Source: Mycobacterium phage prophiGD04-1. From it: a DNA stretch of 60,432 nucleotides. Position numbers and translations under genes: made by a program. Shown piece by piece: positions 25,683 through 36,172 of the stretch (position 1 is the first letter of the stretch; each line of letters begins with the position of its first letter). Below the pieces are notes generated by a model. The model ran no database searches. It had not been told where the DNA came from and was given only the letters and a program-made list of their open reading frames with translations. Location: sequence record MW584209.1; one strand, given 5' to 3'.

Positions 25683-26705
25683 CTAGGGGGCGCCAGTCTG
25701 CGGCATATGTCGATTATCGGCGTATCCTTTGACGGCCTTGTCGAGGATGCCGCGCGCGAATCCAACATCGGCGAAAAAGTATCGGTAACCGCCTAGCTGT
25801 TGCGGTATTGGCATGGCGTCGTCCTCGTAATCTTGATACCTGGACTTGTTTTCATCAAGCAGAGCGCGAAGCTCGCCTATGGATCTTATGTTTACCGCCG
25901 CCAGCTCGTCTACAAAGCGTGAATACTCTAGATCATCTGCAGGCATGCGATCAGGATAAAGTTCCCTCAATAGTGCTTTCGCCGTACTTCTGTCAATCGT
26001 GACGTCAGCGGTTATCTCTTGCCCGCGTATTAACTGGTCTATTAGTCCTGTCAGTCTGCGTGAGGCGGATTCATCGAGACGGCGCGAGCTATGATTGATC
26101 TGCTGAAAGCTGTTGTCAGCCACATGGAACAGGCCGGCCAGTGCACTAATGTCCCTTTTTAGCTCATCGGGAATGCTGTCCTTCCCCTTATATGCAAGAT
26201 GATGCTCGACAGAAGCCCATGCGTCCTGCAATATCGTGCGAACTTGGATCTCGAATTGTTGATGCTTCACCGAATTATAGCGAGCGCCACTGTGGGAATC
26301 TCCGAGTTTGCAATTGAAGTGCACTGACGAATAGCGCCATATTTCAGGAGGTGATACCTTGCCTTTGTCTTCGTATTCAAGTATTTCGAAGGTTTCTCGA
26401 ATTACGTTCTCGACACTTGGCACGTCCTCGAGGAAGAGGCACACCAACCGGGCTCCTACAAGATCGCCCATCTGCTTTATCGGATTCGCATAATTCTTGC
26501 GCCTAACCTTTTCGAGGAAGCTGGACTTTGTCTTGACCCGGGTGATAGCTGAGTGAACTTTGATGCCAGCATCGGTCAGAGCGTTCTTTAGGGAGAACTC
26601 GACCTCGTCACAGAGTGCTTGATAGAGCCCCGCGGACTCGTCGTACTGTCGCGCCCAATCTTCCGCGCCCCGGTCTTCCCCTGGATCAGTCGTCACGGTC
26701 AACAT
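25683..26705 (-). CDS. CapRel-like fused toxin-antitoxin: toxic small alarmone synthetase (RelA/SpoT nucleotidyltransferase) domain plus C-terminal regulatory domain
   Basis: 340 aa; GARLVCLF, RYSSVHF, FEIQVRTILQDAWASVEHHLAYK match RelA/SpoT synthetase-fold motifs; minus strand, locally AT-richer. Confidence 0.7.
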   Translation of the reverse strand: MLTVTTDPGEDRGAEDWARQYDESAGLYQALCDEVEFSLKNALTDAGIKVHSAITRVKTKSSFLEKVRRKNYANPIKQMGDLVGARLVCLFLEDVPSVENVIRETFEILEYEDKGKVSPPEIWRYSSVHFNCKLGDSHSGARYNSVKHQQFEIQVRTILQDAWASVEHHLAYKGKDSIPDELKRDISALAGLFHVADNSFQQINHSSRRLDESASRRLTGLIDQLIRGQEITADVTIDRSTAKALLRELYPDRMPADDLEYSRFVDELAAVNIRSIGELRALLDENKSRYQDYEDDAMPIPQQLGGYRYFFADVGFARGILDKAVKGYADNRHMPQTGAP

Positions 26706-26849
26706 GATTGCGCATGCGGGAATCCGGCGAGCGCAGTATTCCTAATCACACGCTTGTAATTAGCGTGCTGACCTCGTAGAATTCGGATAGCAGTAGCGCA
26801 ACTATGCCCAAAACAGGACGCTTGGCGTGCGTAAATCGAGGTTGGCGCA

Positions 26850-27317
26850 ATGTCGGAAGTTACCGACTGGATCTCGGCTGGGGCCGCGGTTGTTGCATCG
26901 GGCATAGCTGTCGGCGCCGCGTTTTACGCCTGGCGAGGGGCGAAGGCGGCAGAGCGATCTGCCGAGTTCGCGAGTGCCTCGGCGGACGCGAGTACCCGGT
27001 CCGCAGACGCCGCGGAAGAGGCGAATCAGATCGCGAAATCGCAACTGCCGCCGGATGTCACTTGGGCGATCCACTGGAGGAGCGGAAGCACCTATGTGCT
27101 GCGCAACACAGGCCGTGTGGACGCTCAGGAGGTCGAGGTCGACCAGTCGCGCATCGTTGCTCCACTGCGCCGCCGGATCCCTGAATGTGAGTCAATCGCC
27201 GCGGGGGCTGGCTGGGATTTCATGCTCAGCGGGGCATCGGGCAAGCCGATGCCACACCAACTCTTCATTCGCTGGGCGGGGCAGGACGACTGGATAGCAG
27301 TTCCGATGCCCTCGTGA
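26850..27317 (+). CDS. Hypothetical membrane-anchored protein
   Basis: 155 aa, N-terminal TM helix. Confidence 0.5.
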   Translation: MSEVTDWISAGAAVVASGIAVGAAFYAWRGAKAAERSAEFASASADASTRSADAAEEANQIAKSQLPPDVTWAIHWRSGSTYVLRNTGRVDAQEVEVDQSRIVAPLRRRIPECESIAAGAGWDFMLSGASGKPMPHQLFIRWAGQDDWIAVPMPS

Positions 27318-27366
27318 GAAATTTTCCCCGTGGCAACTAAACCGGCACTGCCCTAGTATCGAACGC

Positions 27367-27780
27367 ATGTTCGATATGCGGGTTCGGGCCGCGGTCGCGG
27401 ACTTCATCGCAAGCATCCCGAATCTGCTCTCGACTGTGGTGGTCGAGAAGTTCACGCACGAGCGCCGCGAGGTCACCTACTCGCCGCGCGAAGTCGCCGA
27501 GCGAATCGCCGCAGTGCTCCCCGCTGGGCTGAGGGAGCGTGGCTATGTACTTCTGGAGCTTCCAGCGGTCGAACGAGACGAGTACGGCACCTACGGGGTG
27601 CTTGTTCCTCTCGTCGGGCGCGCGTGGGCTCCCGCTGAGATCCGTATGCGCCGCACGCCGACCGGTGACCAGGTGACGATCGTTGGCGCCTCGCTTCCGT
27701 TCGCCGCCGATGACGTACCCGCTATCGCGGCCGGACTGCTGGCCGCCCGCGCGTTCTGCGCATCCCATAAGCCGGGCTGA
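27367..27780 (+). CDS. Hypothetical protein (possibly leaderless mRNA)
   Basis: 137 aa; TAGTAT -10-like hexamer ends 7 nt before ATG. Confidence 0.5.
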   Translation: MFDMRVRAAVADFIASIPNLLSTVVVEKFTHERREVTYSPREVAERIAAVLPAGLRERGYVLLELPAVERDEYGTYGVLVPLVGRAWAPAEIRMRRTPTGDQVTIVGASLPFAADDVPAIAAGLLAARAFCASHKPG

Positions 27781-27914
27781 GCGCGCCGGGCGTCAAACCG
27801 GGCCAATGTCATGGTTTTACCGCTTCCGGCAAGGCCGTCCCACGACGCCGACCTATTTCCGGACGAGGGCGGACCTGCGCCCGGCGCCTCACCCACCAAC
27901 CTCAGGAGGCCAAT

Positions 27915-28106
27915 GTGCCCGCCACGCACTCCGCGGTCGTCAACATCGACTGCCCGCGCTGCAACGACGTCATCGCCTGCACCGGTCTCATTGACGGTGT
28001 GGGGCAGATCAAGCCGCAGCCCGACGGCACCGCGACGACTGAATACGACGTGCGCGTACCGGATCTCGCGCAGCAGTTCTCCGCGCACTACAACACCAAG
28101 CACTGA
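27915..28106 (+). CDS. Small Cys-containing hypothetical protein
   Basis: AGGAGG Shine-Dalgarno before GTG; CPRCNDVIAC. Confidence 0.4.
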   Translation: MPATHSAVVNIDCPRCNDVIACTGLIDGVGQIKPQPDGTATTEYDVRVPDLAQQFSAHYNTKH

Positions 28107-28172
28107 CCGTGGACCCGGAACTCCGGGCCGCGTTCAACTGCCTTGAAGGCGTCGTCAACTCGCAGCCTCTCT

Positions 28173-28865
28173 CTAGGAGCTTGGGGTCTGGTATCCGATG
28201 CGTTCGGCTTCTGTGAGCAGAGCGGTGATGTCGGGGTTGGGATGGAACTGCCGGGCTAGCGCTTCGGTGAGTGGTTCGTTGTTCATGACGCGGGTGACGG
28301 CGTCGTGCGTGATCACGTGTTTGACTGGGCTATAGAGACTCTCGGTTACTTTGCTTGGAGACCATTCGGTCAGCAGGTGAAACAGCCAGTCTTCGCCGCC
28401 GTAGGGTTCTCCACCCCATGAGGGTTCCCCGGGTGCCCCGTGGAGCCATCGGTCGCCGCCGGGGGTGCGCCAGATGGCCACTGTCGTCTGAGGATTGCCG
28501 TCGAACCAGTCATACAGGTCGTTGTTTCCGAGCTCGGACTTGAAGCGCTGGGGGAGGTCGTCGATCAGCCCGGGCCAGTATTCGATTTCGGCGTCGTAGG
28601 TATTCATCTCTGACTCGTGGTCGTAGCCGCGTACAAACACCCCGTCCTGGGTCGAGAACAAGATGGACCAATGGTCGCCGCCCCCGTTGGCATAGGTGGC
28701 GAGGTCGTCGCCGGGCTGCCAGTTCGTCCGGTACAGCACATTGCCGGCAGGTTCGTCAGTTGGCCGCCCGTCGGTGAGTGCTGCGAGGACGGCGTGAATT
28801 TGGCAGCGCCGTTTCAGCTCGGTGGGTTCGGGAAGCTGCTCAGCAAACTCGGCAAGGCTGGACAT
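28173..28865 (-). CDS. Reverse-oriented hypothetical protein (230 aa), W/G-rich
   Basis: Long minus-strand ORF with coding-like composition. Confidence 0.5.
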   Translation of the reverse strand: MSSLAEFAEQLPEPTELKRRCQIHAVLAALTDGRPTDEPAGNVLYRTNWQPGDDLATYANGGGDHWSILFSTQDGVFVRGYDHESEMNTYDAEIEYWPGLIDDLPQRFKSELGNNDLYDWFDGNPQTTVAIWRTPGGDRWLHGAPGEPSWGGEPYGGEDWLFHLLTEWSPSKVTESLYSPVKHVITHDAVTRVMNNEPLTEALARQFHPNPDITALLTEAERIGYQTPSS

Positions 28866-28943
28866 ACGCGCAACATATCAGCCCGCGCTTGTCGACTAAG
28901 ACTAGTCGCTGCGGCCCGATGTACCGCTAGCTGTTGTGGGGAG

Positions 28944-29291
28944 ATGTGGAGGATGCCTCGAGCACCACGTCCGTGCCCAGTGTCTGGATGTCCCAACCTG
29001 ATCCGCTTCACCCGCTACTGCCCTGAGCACACGCAGGCGTGGAGCGGACCACGCACCGCCTCGAGCCAGGTCACCAGTCAACGCCGATGGCGCGAGCTAG
29101 TCCCGAAGATCCTGGACCGAGACCGCTACCGCTGCCGCATTCAGTACGAGGGCATCTGCATAGGCCGAGCCACCGTGGTGGACAAGGAGCAGCCCGCATC
29201 GCGCCGGCCAGATCTGGCGTTCGATCCGAAGAACCTGCGTGCTGCGTGCCAGCCATGCAATGACCACAAGGCCAGAACTGAGGACCGATGA
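28944..29291 (+). CDS. HNH endonuclease (terminase-associated)
   Basis: CPVSGCPN...CPEH...CQPCNDHKA; sits upstream of the terminase genes. Confidence 0.65.
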   Translation: MWRMPRAPRPCPVSGCPNLIRFTRYCPEHTQAWSGPRTASSQVTSQRRWRELVPKILDRDRYRCRIQYEGICIGRATVVDKEQPASRRPDLAFDPKNLRAACQPCNDHKARTEDR

Positions 29292-29485
29292 TCGCTTACC
29301 ACTGGTCGCCCAGCACCCGCCGACGGATCGATAGCGCTCCGCGGGCCCATCGGATAGTCGAGCTGATCGCCGGGAGCAGGCGGTATGGTTGAGCGTTAGC
29401 TGAAGTGCCAGCTGACCGCCTGGGGCTGGCCATTGGCCACTAAGTTTGCAAATAGTCCTGAATCATGTGAGATGCGGAGTGACTG

Positions 29486-30346
29486 TTGCCCAACTTTGTG
29501 GCCTTCGATTCAACTAACGCAGCTCAAGCCCACTCGTGGGATGGAGATAACGGAGACTTCTGGTCTAAGCGCGCCGAGCGTTTCGATCAGGGTATGTCCA
29601 ACTTCCATCCTGAGTTGTTGAGAGCTGCGGAGATCTGCCAAGACTCCACAGTTCTTGATATTGGCTGCGGGGCAGGACAGGTCACTCGAGATGCTGCTCG
29701 GATCGCACAGCGCGGTTCGGTGCTCGGATTGGACCTCTCGTCATCGCTGCTTGAGGTTGCCCGTCACCTTGCCGTGCAGGAGCAGGTGCACAACGCGTCG
29801 TTCGTCCAAGCGGATGCCCAGGTCTATGACTTCGCTGACTTGCGTTTCGATGTTGCTTTAAGCCGGCACGGAACGATGTTCTTTGGCGACCCCCACGCTG
29901 CGTTCGTCAATATCACGCGGGCACTGCGGCCGGGTGGGCAGCTCGTCCAACTGGTGTGGCAGCCTGTCGAATGCAACGAAGGCATTAGCACTTTCCGTCG
30001 AATCTCAGCCGGTGGCCGCCAACTTCCCCCAGCTTCATCGCAGGGCCCGAACCCGTTCTCGCTCAGTGATCCCGACTACGTGCATCGTCTGTTGCGCGGC
30101 GCTGGCCTCGACAATATCGAGATGGTCGAAGTGAGTGGTCCTATGTATTACGGGCGTGATGTCGATGATGCGTTCGATTTCGTTGCCGCCCATAATGCTT
30201 CCGCCTTCGCCGAACTCGATGCGGTGACTCGCGGCCAGGCAGTAGAAGCGTTGAGGGGCAGCATCGCTGAGCATTTGACCGACCACGGGGTGTTCTACGA
30301 TTCTGCGCACTGGTTGATCAAGGCCGAACGCTGCCGCGACAGTTGA
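29486..30346 (+). CDS. Class I SAM-dependent methyltransferase (cargo)
   Basis: VLDIGCGAGQ motif I; TTG start with GCGGAG Shine-Dalgarno (ATG 29596 is an alternative). Confidence 0.65.
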   Translation: MPNFVAFDSTNAAQAHSWDGDNGDFWSKRAERFDQGMSNFHPELLRAAEICQDSTVLDIGCGAGQVTRDAARIAQRGSVLGLDLSSSLLEVARHLAVQEQVHNASFVQADAQVYDFADLRFDVALSRHGTMFFGDPHAAFVNITRALRPGGQLVQLVWQPVECNEGISTFRRISAGGRQLPPASSQGPNPFSLSDPDYVHRLLRGAGLDNIEMVEVSGPMYYGRDVDDAFDFVAAHNASAFAELDAVTRGQAVEALRGSIAEHLTDHGVFYDSAHWLIKAERCRDS

Positions 30347-30606
30347 GGTGATTCTGGGCGACTTAGCGATTGGGCGGTGCTTCAACTGACAACGCTAACG
30401 CACCTCGTAGCGACGCGACCGCTGAACGACTGACCCCTAGGCCACCACCCCCTCCCCGGGGCACGCTGGGACGCCGGAACGCACTGTGAAATTCGACCTG
30501 TACGGATCCCCATATCTTCCTGGCGCTCTCAAATCGCGGGCATTCGCCTGTCGCACAACGACATTCCCGACATGGGAGTCAACCGTCCTGACATAGGAGT
30601 TCGGCG

Positions 30607-31077
30607 ATGCCACGTCAGCCCAAAGACCCTTCACTGCGTGCCCGGCGGAACACGACAACCACTCGCGCAGTACTCAAACCGCAGGTCAACCCGACTGTCC
30701 CGGAGTTGCCCAAGGGCACTCGGTGGCATCAGCAGGTGCAGGACTGGTGGGAGCGGGCGTGGTCATCGCCGATGGTGCCGGAGTGGACCGAATCGGATAT
30801 CGACTCGCTGTACATGGTGGCCCGGCTGATGCAGTTGTTCTGGCATTCGAGCACCTTGCCGAATGAGTGCAAGGCATTGGCTGCCGAGATCCGCCAACTG
30901 CTCTCACAGTGCGGACTGACACCGATGTCGCGCCGGGCCCTGCAATGGGAAATTGATCGGGGCGAGAGTGCTGCCGAGGCAACAGCCCAGCGCCGCGGCC
31001 GCCGAGCGGCGCCGGCCAAGACGGAACCAGTCAAACCTGATCCTCGTGTTGCGCGGGCGAATCTGCACGTCGTGTAG
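30607..31077 (+). CDS. terS: Terminase small subunit
   Basis: 156 aa directly upstream of TerL; AGGAG Shine-Dalgarno. Confidence 0.6.
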   Translation: MPRQPKDPSLRARRNTTTTRAVLKPQVNPTVPELPKGTRWHQQVQDWWERAWSSPMVPEWTESDIDSLYMVARLMQLFWHSSTLPNECKALAAEIRQLLSQCGLTPMSRRALQWEIDRGESAAEATAQRRGRRAAPAKTEPVKPDPRVARANLHVV

Positions 31078-31086
31078 CAGCTTGCG

Positions 31087-32739
31087 TTGGAACTGATCGT
31101 TCCGCCGGATACCGGCGAGCTGTTTCCCACACTGGGGGACCAACTGTGCGACTTCCTCGAGGAGCGGGCCTGCCATGGGCCCGGCGACCTCAAGGGTGAG
31201 CCGATCATCCTGGCCGAGGACTGGCGGTACGTGCTCTATCGGCTCTACGAGCACTGGCCGAAAGGCCATCCGCGTGCCGGCCGCCGCCGGTTCAAACGGG
31301 GCGCGGTGTCCTGGCGCAAAGGCTCGGCCAAGACCGAGTTCATGGCCCTGGTGTCCTATCTCGAGCTGCACCCGGAATCGCCAGTGCGGTTCAACGGGTT
31401 CGATGAGGATGCGCCGTGCGGACTTGCCCAGGGCCGCCCGGTTGTGGACCCATACATCCCGCTGCTGGCCAACACCAAGGACCAGGTTGAAGAACTGGCC
31501 TACGGTGCGCTCAAGGTCATCTGCGAAGAGTGCGTCGATGCCGACATGTTCGACGCCGCGCTCGACCGCATCCTGCGCATCGGCGAAGACGGCAAGGCAG
31601 ACGGCAAGGCCGTAGCCCTGGCCAACGCGCCGAACTCGAACGACGGCGGCCGCACAACTTTTCAGGGCTATGACGAGACGCACCGGCTGTACCTGCCCAA
31701 CCACAAAGCGGCCATCACGACAATGGAAGCCAACCTCGGTAAACGCATGGCGCAAGACCCCTGGTCGCTATCGACCACGACCGCCGGCGAGCCAGGGCAG
31801 AACTCGCAAGCCGAGGATGATCACTTCCTGGCAGAAGCCATCAAGCGCGGCGAGGTAGAGCGCCCGCGCATGTTCTACTTCCACCGGCAAGCCTCCGACG
31901 GCTGGGACCTCACCAAGTTCGAGGACCGCGTCGAGGCGATCCGGGAGGCCTCCGGGCCCGAACTCGCTGCACGCACGGACCTGGAAGACCTTGCAGCCCA
32001 GTGGGACGATCCCAAGGCGGACAAGTCGTACCTCGAGCGTGTGTGGACCAACCGCTGGACCCAGCAGGGCGCACAGGCGTTCAACATCCGGCGCTGGAAG
32101 GCACTGGGGCTACCGGGGGTATGGATTCCGCGCCGCGCTTTCGTCACCCTCGGGTTCGACGGTGCACGATTCCGGGATGCCACCGGATTGGTTGTCACCG
32201 ATGTGCGAACGGGCATGCAACAGAAGGCGTATCTGTGCGAGAAGCCGCTCGAGGCACCCGAGGACTGGGAAGTCGACGAGAAGGAAGTCGACGACGCGGT
32301 CCGCGAGGTATTCAAGACCTCGCGAGTACTTCTGATGTACGCCGACCCGCCCCACTGGAACTCGACGATCGGCGACTGGGCGGTTCGGTACGGCGACAGC
32401 CGGATCACCAAACGGCCCATCGTCCAGGAGTTCTGGACCAACAAACAGGACCGGATGATCAAGACGATCCAGGCGTACGCGGATGCCATTGCCGCCGGAC
32501 GGATCTCGCATAACGAGGACGACGACGGCGACCTCGTGCGTCACGTCGGCAACGCCGGAAAGCACTTCCTCAAACGTGTGGACCCCGAGACTGGCTCTCA
32601 GCTCTGGATACTCGGGAAGCTGCACCGGGACCGCAAGTTCGACCTGTGCATGGCGTCCATCTTGTCCTGGCAGGCGCGCATGGAAGTCATGGGACTGGTG
32701 AAGAGCACGTCCAAGCAAGTATTTGAGCGAATCAGATAG
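31087..32739 (+). CDS. terL: Terminase large subunit
   Basis: 550 aa, ATPase + nuclease architecture, precedes portal. Confidence 0.85.
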   Translation: MELIVPPDTGELFPTLGDQLCDFLEERACHGPGDLKGEPIILAEDWRYVLYRLYEHWPKGHPRAGRRRFKRGAVSWRKGSAKTEFMALVSYLELHPESPVRFNGFDEDAPCGLAQGRPVVDPYIPLLANTKDQVEELAYGALKVICEECVDADMFDAALDRILRIGEDGKADGKAVALANAPNSNDGGRTTFQGYDETHRLYLPNHKAAITTMEANLGKRMAQDPWSLSTTTAGEPGQNSQAEDDHFLAEAIKRGEVERPRMFYFHRQASDGWDLTKFEDRVEAIREASGPELAARTDLEDLAAQWDDPKADKSYLERVWTNRWTQQGAQAFNIRRWKALGLPGVWIPRRAFVTLGFDGARFRDATGLVVTDVRTGMQQKAYLCEKPLEAPEDWEVDEKEVDDAVREVFKTSRVLLMYADPPHWNSTIGDWAVRYGDSRITKRPIVQEFWTNKQDRMIKTIQAYADAIAAGRISHNEDDDGDLVRHVGNAGKHFLKRVDPETGSQLWILGKLHRDRKFDLCMASILSWQARMEVMGLVKSTSKQVFERIR

Positions 32740-32752
32740 GAGGGGTTGGGAT

Positions 32753-34210
32753 TTGACCGATGCACTCGCCCCGCACGACTGGTTCATGCTGCTGAACGCG
32801 AAATTCACCGCCGTCATGAGGCCGCCGTGGTCGGATAAAAGGCTACGGCCCACTGCTGATATGTGTGGGGGAGTGCAGAGGTACTCGCGTCCCCGCAATC
32901 AGGTGCTCGACACCCTGTGGTCTTACCGCACGGGAGACCCGCCACTTCCCGTGGTTGCCGAGGAGTACCAGGACTGCTTTCGCGATGTGTTGCGCAAGGC
33001 CAGAAGCAACTACGCACCCATGTGCGTCAACGCGATGCTCGATCGCATGGAACTGCAGGCAGTTTCAACGACCGCGGACTCCGATACCAATGGCGATGAC
33101 TTCGCCGCCCAGGTCATGGAAGAGTCGGGTTTCCTGGCCGTATTCAAGGAACTACTTGACTACGTGTTCTCCATGGCGGAGGGCTACGGCATGGTCGTGC
33201 CCGGCACACCGGTGCCCACCATTCACGCCATCGACCCCCGGCGCTGCATCGGACTTCCAGACCTGCAGAATCCCGTGCGGCTACGCGCCGCACTGGTGCG
33301 CGAATGGGACCCGATCCTAGAGACGCATCGAAGCTACCTGTTTCTGCCGGGCAAGAAGTGGACCTTCGTGCTGGAGGGCACCCAGTGGAATCCGGTGTCG
33401 ACCGAACCAGAGCTGATCGAAGGGCTGGACGAGCTCGGCGGCATCCCGATCGTCCGGTTCGACAATGCGCTCGAGCTTGGCGAGTACGAACCACACATCG
33501 ACCTGCTCGACCGAATCAACGACGTGACGCTGCAACGCATTATCGGATTCTGGTACCAAGCACTGCGCCAACGCGCCCTGGTGGGCGATGAAGACGAGGA
33601 CGATGAGGACGAGCCCGGAAGCGAGCCCGTCGACTTCAACAAGCTGTTCAAAGCAGGGCCCGGGTCGCTGTGGCGGATCCCCAAGGACTTCGAGATCTGG
33701 GAGTCTCAGCAAGCCGACTTCTCGGGCATTACCAACGCCAAGCGCGACGACGTCAAGGAATTCGCCGCCGTCACCAGCACGCCACTGCACCTCATCACAC
33801 CGGATGCTGCCAACGGGTCAGCAGAAGGCGCGGGCCTCATCCGCGAATCGGCGACATCGAAAGTACGAGACCGTCGTGCTCGCATCACACCACGAGTCAA
33901 ACTGCTGTGGCGCATCGTTTTTGCGTTGGCCAAGCAGGACCGCGGGCCTGCCCTAAGACTGCATTGGGGCCCGATCGAGTTCCGCACACTGGCAGAGAAG
34001 GCATCCGCGTCGGCCCAGTCCGTCGGAACCTTGTCACTGAAGCAGCGGTGCGAACGCATCTGGGAGATGTCCCCCGAGGAGGCGGAAGAGAACATCACCC
34101 AGCTGGCCGCCGAGCAGATACTCCTACCGAACGCCCCCACCACGCCCACCACGCAGAGCACGCCCACTGCGCCCGCTACCGCGGTGACGACAGATGTCGG
34201 CGCCGGTTAG
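32753..34210 (+). CDS. Portal protein
   Basis: ~485 aa, acidic stretch, position after TerL; TTG 32753 after TAGGAGGGG (ORF could start 32723). Confidence 0.8.
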   Translation: MTDALAPHDWFMLLNAKFTAVMRPPWSDKRLRPTADMCGGVQRYSRPRNQVLDTLWSYRTGDPPLPVVAEEYQDCFRDVLRKARSNYAPMCVNAMLDRMELQAVSTTADSDTNGDDFAAQVMEESGFLAVFKELLDYVFSMAEGYGMVVPGTPVPTIHAIDPRRCIGLPDLQNPVRLRAALVREWDPILETHRSYLFLPGKKWTFVLEGTQWNPVSTEPELIEGLDELGGIPIVRFDNALELGEYEPHIDLLDRINDVTLQRIIGFWYQALRQRALVGDEDEDDEDEPGSEPVDFNKLFKAGPGSLWRIPKDFEIWESQQADFSGITNAKRDDVKEFAAVTSTPLHLITPDAANGSAEGAGLIRESATSKVRDRRARITPRVKLLWRIVFALAKQDRGPALRLHWGPIEFRTLAEKASASAQSVGTLSLKQRCERIWEMSPEEAEENITQLAAEQILLPNAPTTPTTQSTPTAPATAVTTDVGAG

Positions 34211-35369
34211 CTACTCGGACGCACTGGCTGCGGCTGCCACGGCGTACGCCGCACAGCAGGCCGCACCGAAGTCAGAAGCGGTGCTCGCCGTCGCGACGGC
34301 GTCATCGACGAGCATCATCGCGGTACGCGAGCGGGCCGCGGCCTACGCCAAATCAGCGCTGCGCACCCTGTGGTCGACGGTCAATCCGTACAGCGACCAA
34401 TCGGTGCAGGACTTCGCAACCCAGGCGGCCCGCGTCATGCAGTCCGCCCAGACCGCATCCGTGCGGGGCGCTGCCGCCGCAATGGCCCAGCAGCTCTCAG
34501 TGATGGGCGTGCCAACAAAGGCGCAGCCGACCAATCCGCTCGACGTACGCGCACGCGGCGTCAAGGTGCACGGCGGCGCGCTGCGCTTGGTGCGCGAGCC
34601 GAGCAAGGTCGACTACACCGATGGATCGGGCACCGAGTTGTCAGTCCATGACATGAGCACCGAGCAGATCTTCACCCGGCCCGCGGTCGGGTTCCGCTGG
34701 GTTGAATCAGAGGGTGGCACCCGCGAGGACGCAGCACGGGAATCCGGACTACGCATCGACACCCTGGTGGACGACAACCTGATGCTTGCCCAGCGGCTAG
34801 CGCAGGCCGAAATGATCGCCCAGGCTGTCGATCTCGATAACCTCGACAAAGCGAAGATCACCGGATACCGCCGCGTGATCCACCCAGAGATGTCGCGAAG
34901 CGGCGCGTGCGGGCTGTGCATCGCCGCGGCGGATCGGATCTATCACGTCGCTGAGCTGTTGCCGATCCACACGCACTGCAAGTGCACGATCGCTGCAGTC
35001 ACAGCCGAGTTCGATCCGGCCGACGAGCTCAACGCTGCCGATCTGTCACAGCTGTACACGCATGCCGGCGGAACCTCGGCCGCGCACCTCAAGCGCACGC
35101 GCTACTGGGTTGATGAGCACGGAGAACTCGGCCCAGTGCTGGTGCCCGTCAAGGCGTACAAGCCGCGCGACCCCAAGAAACGTGCGGCGCAGCCGAACTC
35201 ACCCGGTGCTAACAGGTCTGAGACCAAGGCTCAGATCGCTCAGCGTCTTCTGCCGGGCCTGGAGCAGAGCCTTGCAGACCTGACCGCCAACGGCGCTGCC
35301 GAGAACTCGCCCCAGGTGGTCTACCACCGCACGCAGATCGCGAAGCTGCGCGCCGACCTCACGGCGTAG
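34194..35369 (+). CDS. Head morphogenesis protein (MuF-like minor capsid / possible maturation protease)
   Basis: 391 aa between portal and scaffold. Confidence 0.55.
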   Translation: MSAPVSYSDALAAAATAYAAQQAAPKSEAVLAVATASSTSIIAVRERAAAYAKSALRTLWSTVNPYSDQSVQDFATQAARVMQSAQTASVRGAAAAMAQQLSVMGVPTKAQPTNPLDVRARGVKVHGGALRLVREPSKVDYTDGSGTELSVHDMSTEQIFTRPAVGFRWVESEGGTREDAARESGLRIDTLVDDNLMLAQRLAQAEMIAQAVDLDNLDKAKITGYRRVIHPEMSRSGACGLCIAAADRIYHVAELLPIHTHCKCTIAAVTAEFDPADELNAADLSQLYTHAGGTSAAHLKRTRYWVDEHGELGPVLVPVKAYKPRDPKKRAAQPNSPGANRSETKAQIAQRLLPGLEQSLADLTANGAAENSPQVVYHRTQIAKLRADLTA

Positions 35370-35441
35370 CGCCGCAAAGACTTCCACCGAACCCGGTGGT
35401 CGACCCGTCATGGGTTCCAATTCCCGACATGGGGAGTCACG

Positions 35442-36158
35442 TTGTCCGATCTACCGATCCATCCATTCACTCACGTACAGGCAATCGGCTTCACTAGCCG
35501 CGGCCCGGTCTGGCCCGTCATGGGTGGCTCCGGGGACGGCGACGAAGGCGGCGCTGGCGCGGAAAGCGGCGCCCAGTCTGGTCAAGGCGCTTCGCACGGC
35601 GGCTCCGACAAGGGGTTCCCGGCGGACACCCCCGTCGCCCAGATGACCGATGCTCAGCAGGCCGCGTACTGGAAGCACTACTCGCGTGAGCATGAAGGCA
35701 AAGCCAAGGCGTTTACCACCCTTGGCGTTACCCCTGAGCAGATACAGCAGCTCCAGGAGCGCAACGCCGAGCTGGAGAAGGCGCAGATGGACGCCAGCGA
35801 GCTTGCGCTCAAGGAGGCCACCGACAAGGCGGCTGCTGATGCGCGTGCTGCTACCGAGGCGGACTGGAAGCCCAAGCTGCTCGCGAGCCAACTCAAATCG
35901 GCAGCCTCGCAGGTGCTTTCCGGTGACCAGCTCACCGAATGGCTGGACAGTGTGGACCCCGGCAAGTTCATCGGGGACAACGGCGAGATCGACGAATCCA
36001 AGGTGATGGGGAAACTCACCGCCATCTTCGGCCAGAAAAAGGAACAGCAGCAACAGCAGCCGTTCTGGGGCCAGCACAGCACCGGGCATCAGTCCGCAGA
36101 CAAGCCCGGGACAGCCGGAAGGGCCGCTGCCGCAAAGCGGTTCCCCTCCAAAACCTAG
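35442..36158 (+). CDS. Scaffolding protein
   Basis: Acidic, coiled-coil, Q-rich tail; GGGGAG Shine-Dalgarno before TTG. Confidence 0.65.
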   Translation: MSDLPIHPFTHVQAIGFTSRGPVWPVMGGSGDGDEGGAGAESGAQSGQGASHGGSDKGFPADTPVAQMTDAQQAAYWKHYSREHEGKAKAFTTLGVTPEQIQQLQERNAELEKAQMDASELALKEATDKAAADARAATEADWKPKLLASQLKSAASQVLSGDQLTEWLDSVDPGKFIGDNGEIDESKVMGKLTAIFGQKKEQQQQQPFWGQHSTGHQSADKPGTAGRAAAAKRFPSKT

Positions 36159-36172
36159 AAAGAAGGTGACAC

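Noticed and set aside
30347..30606. cos site candidate in the 260-bp gap upstream of terS
   Set aside because: Plausible location but nothing in the sequence (no obvious 10-13 nt G/C-rich overhang signature) lets me place it
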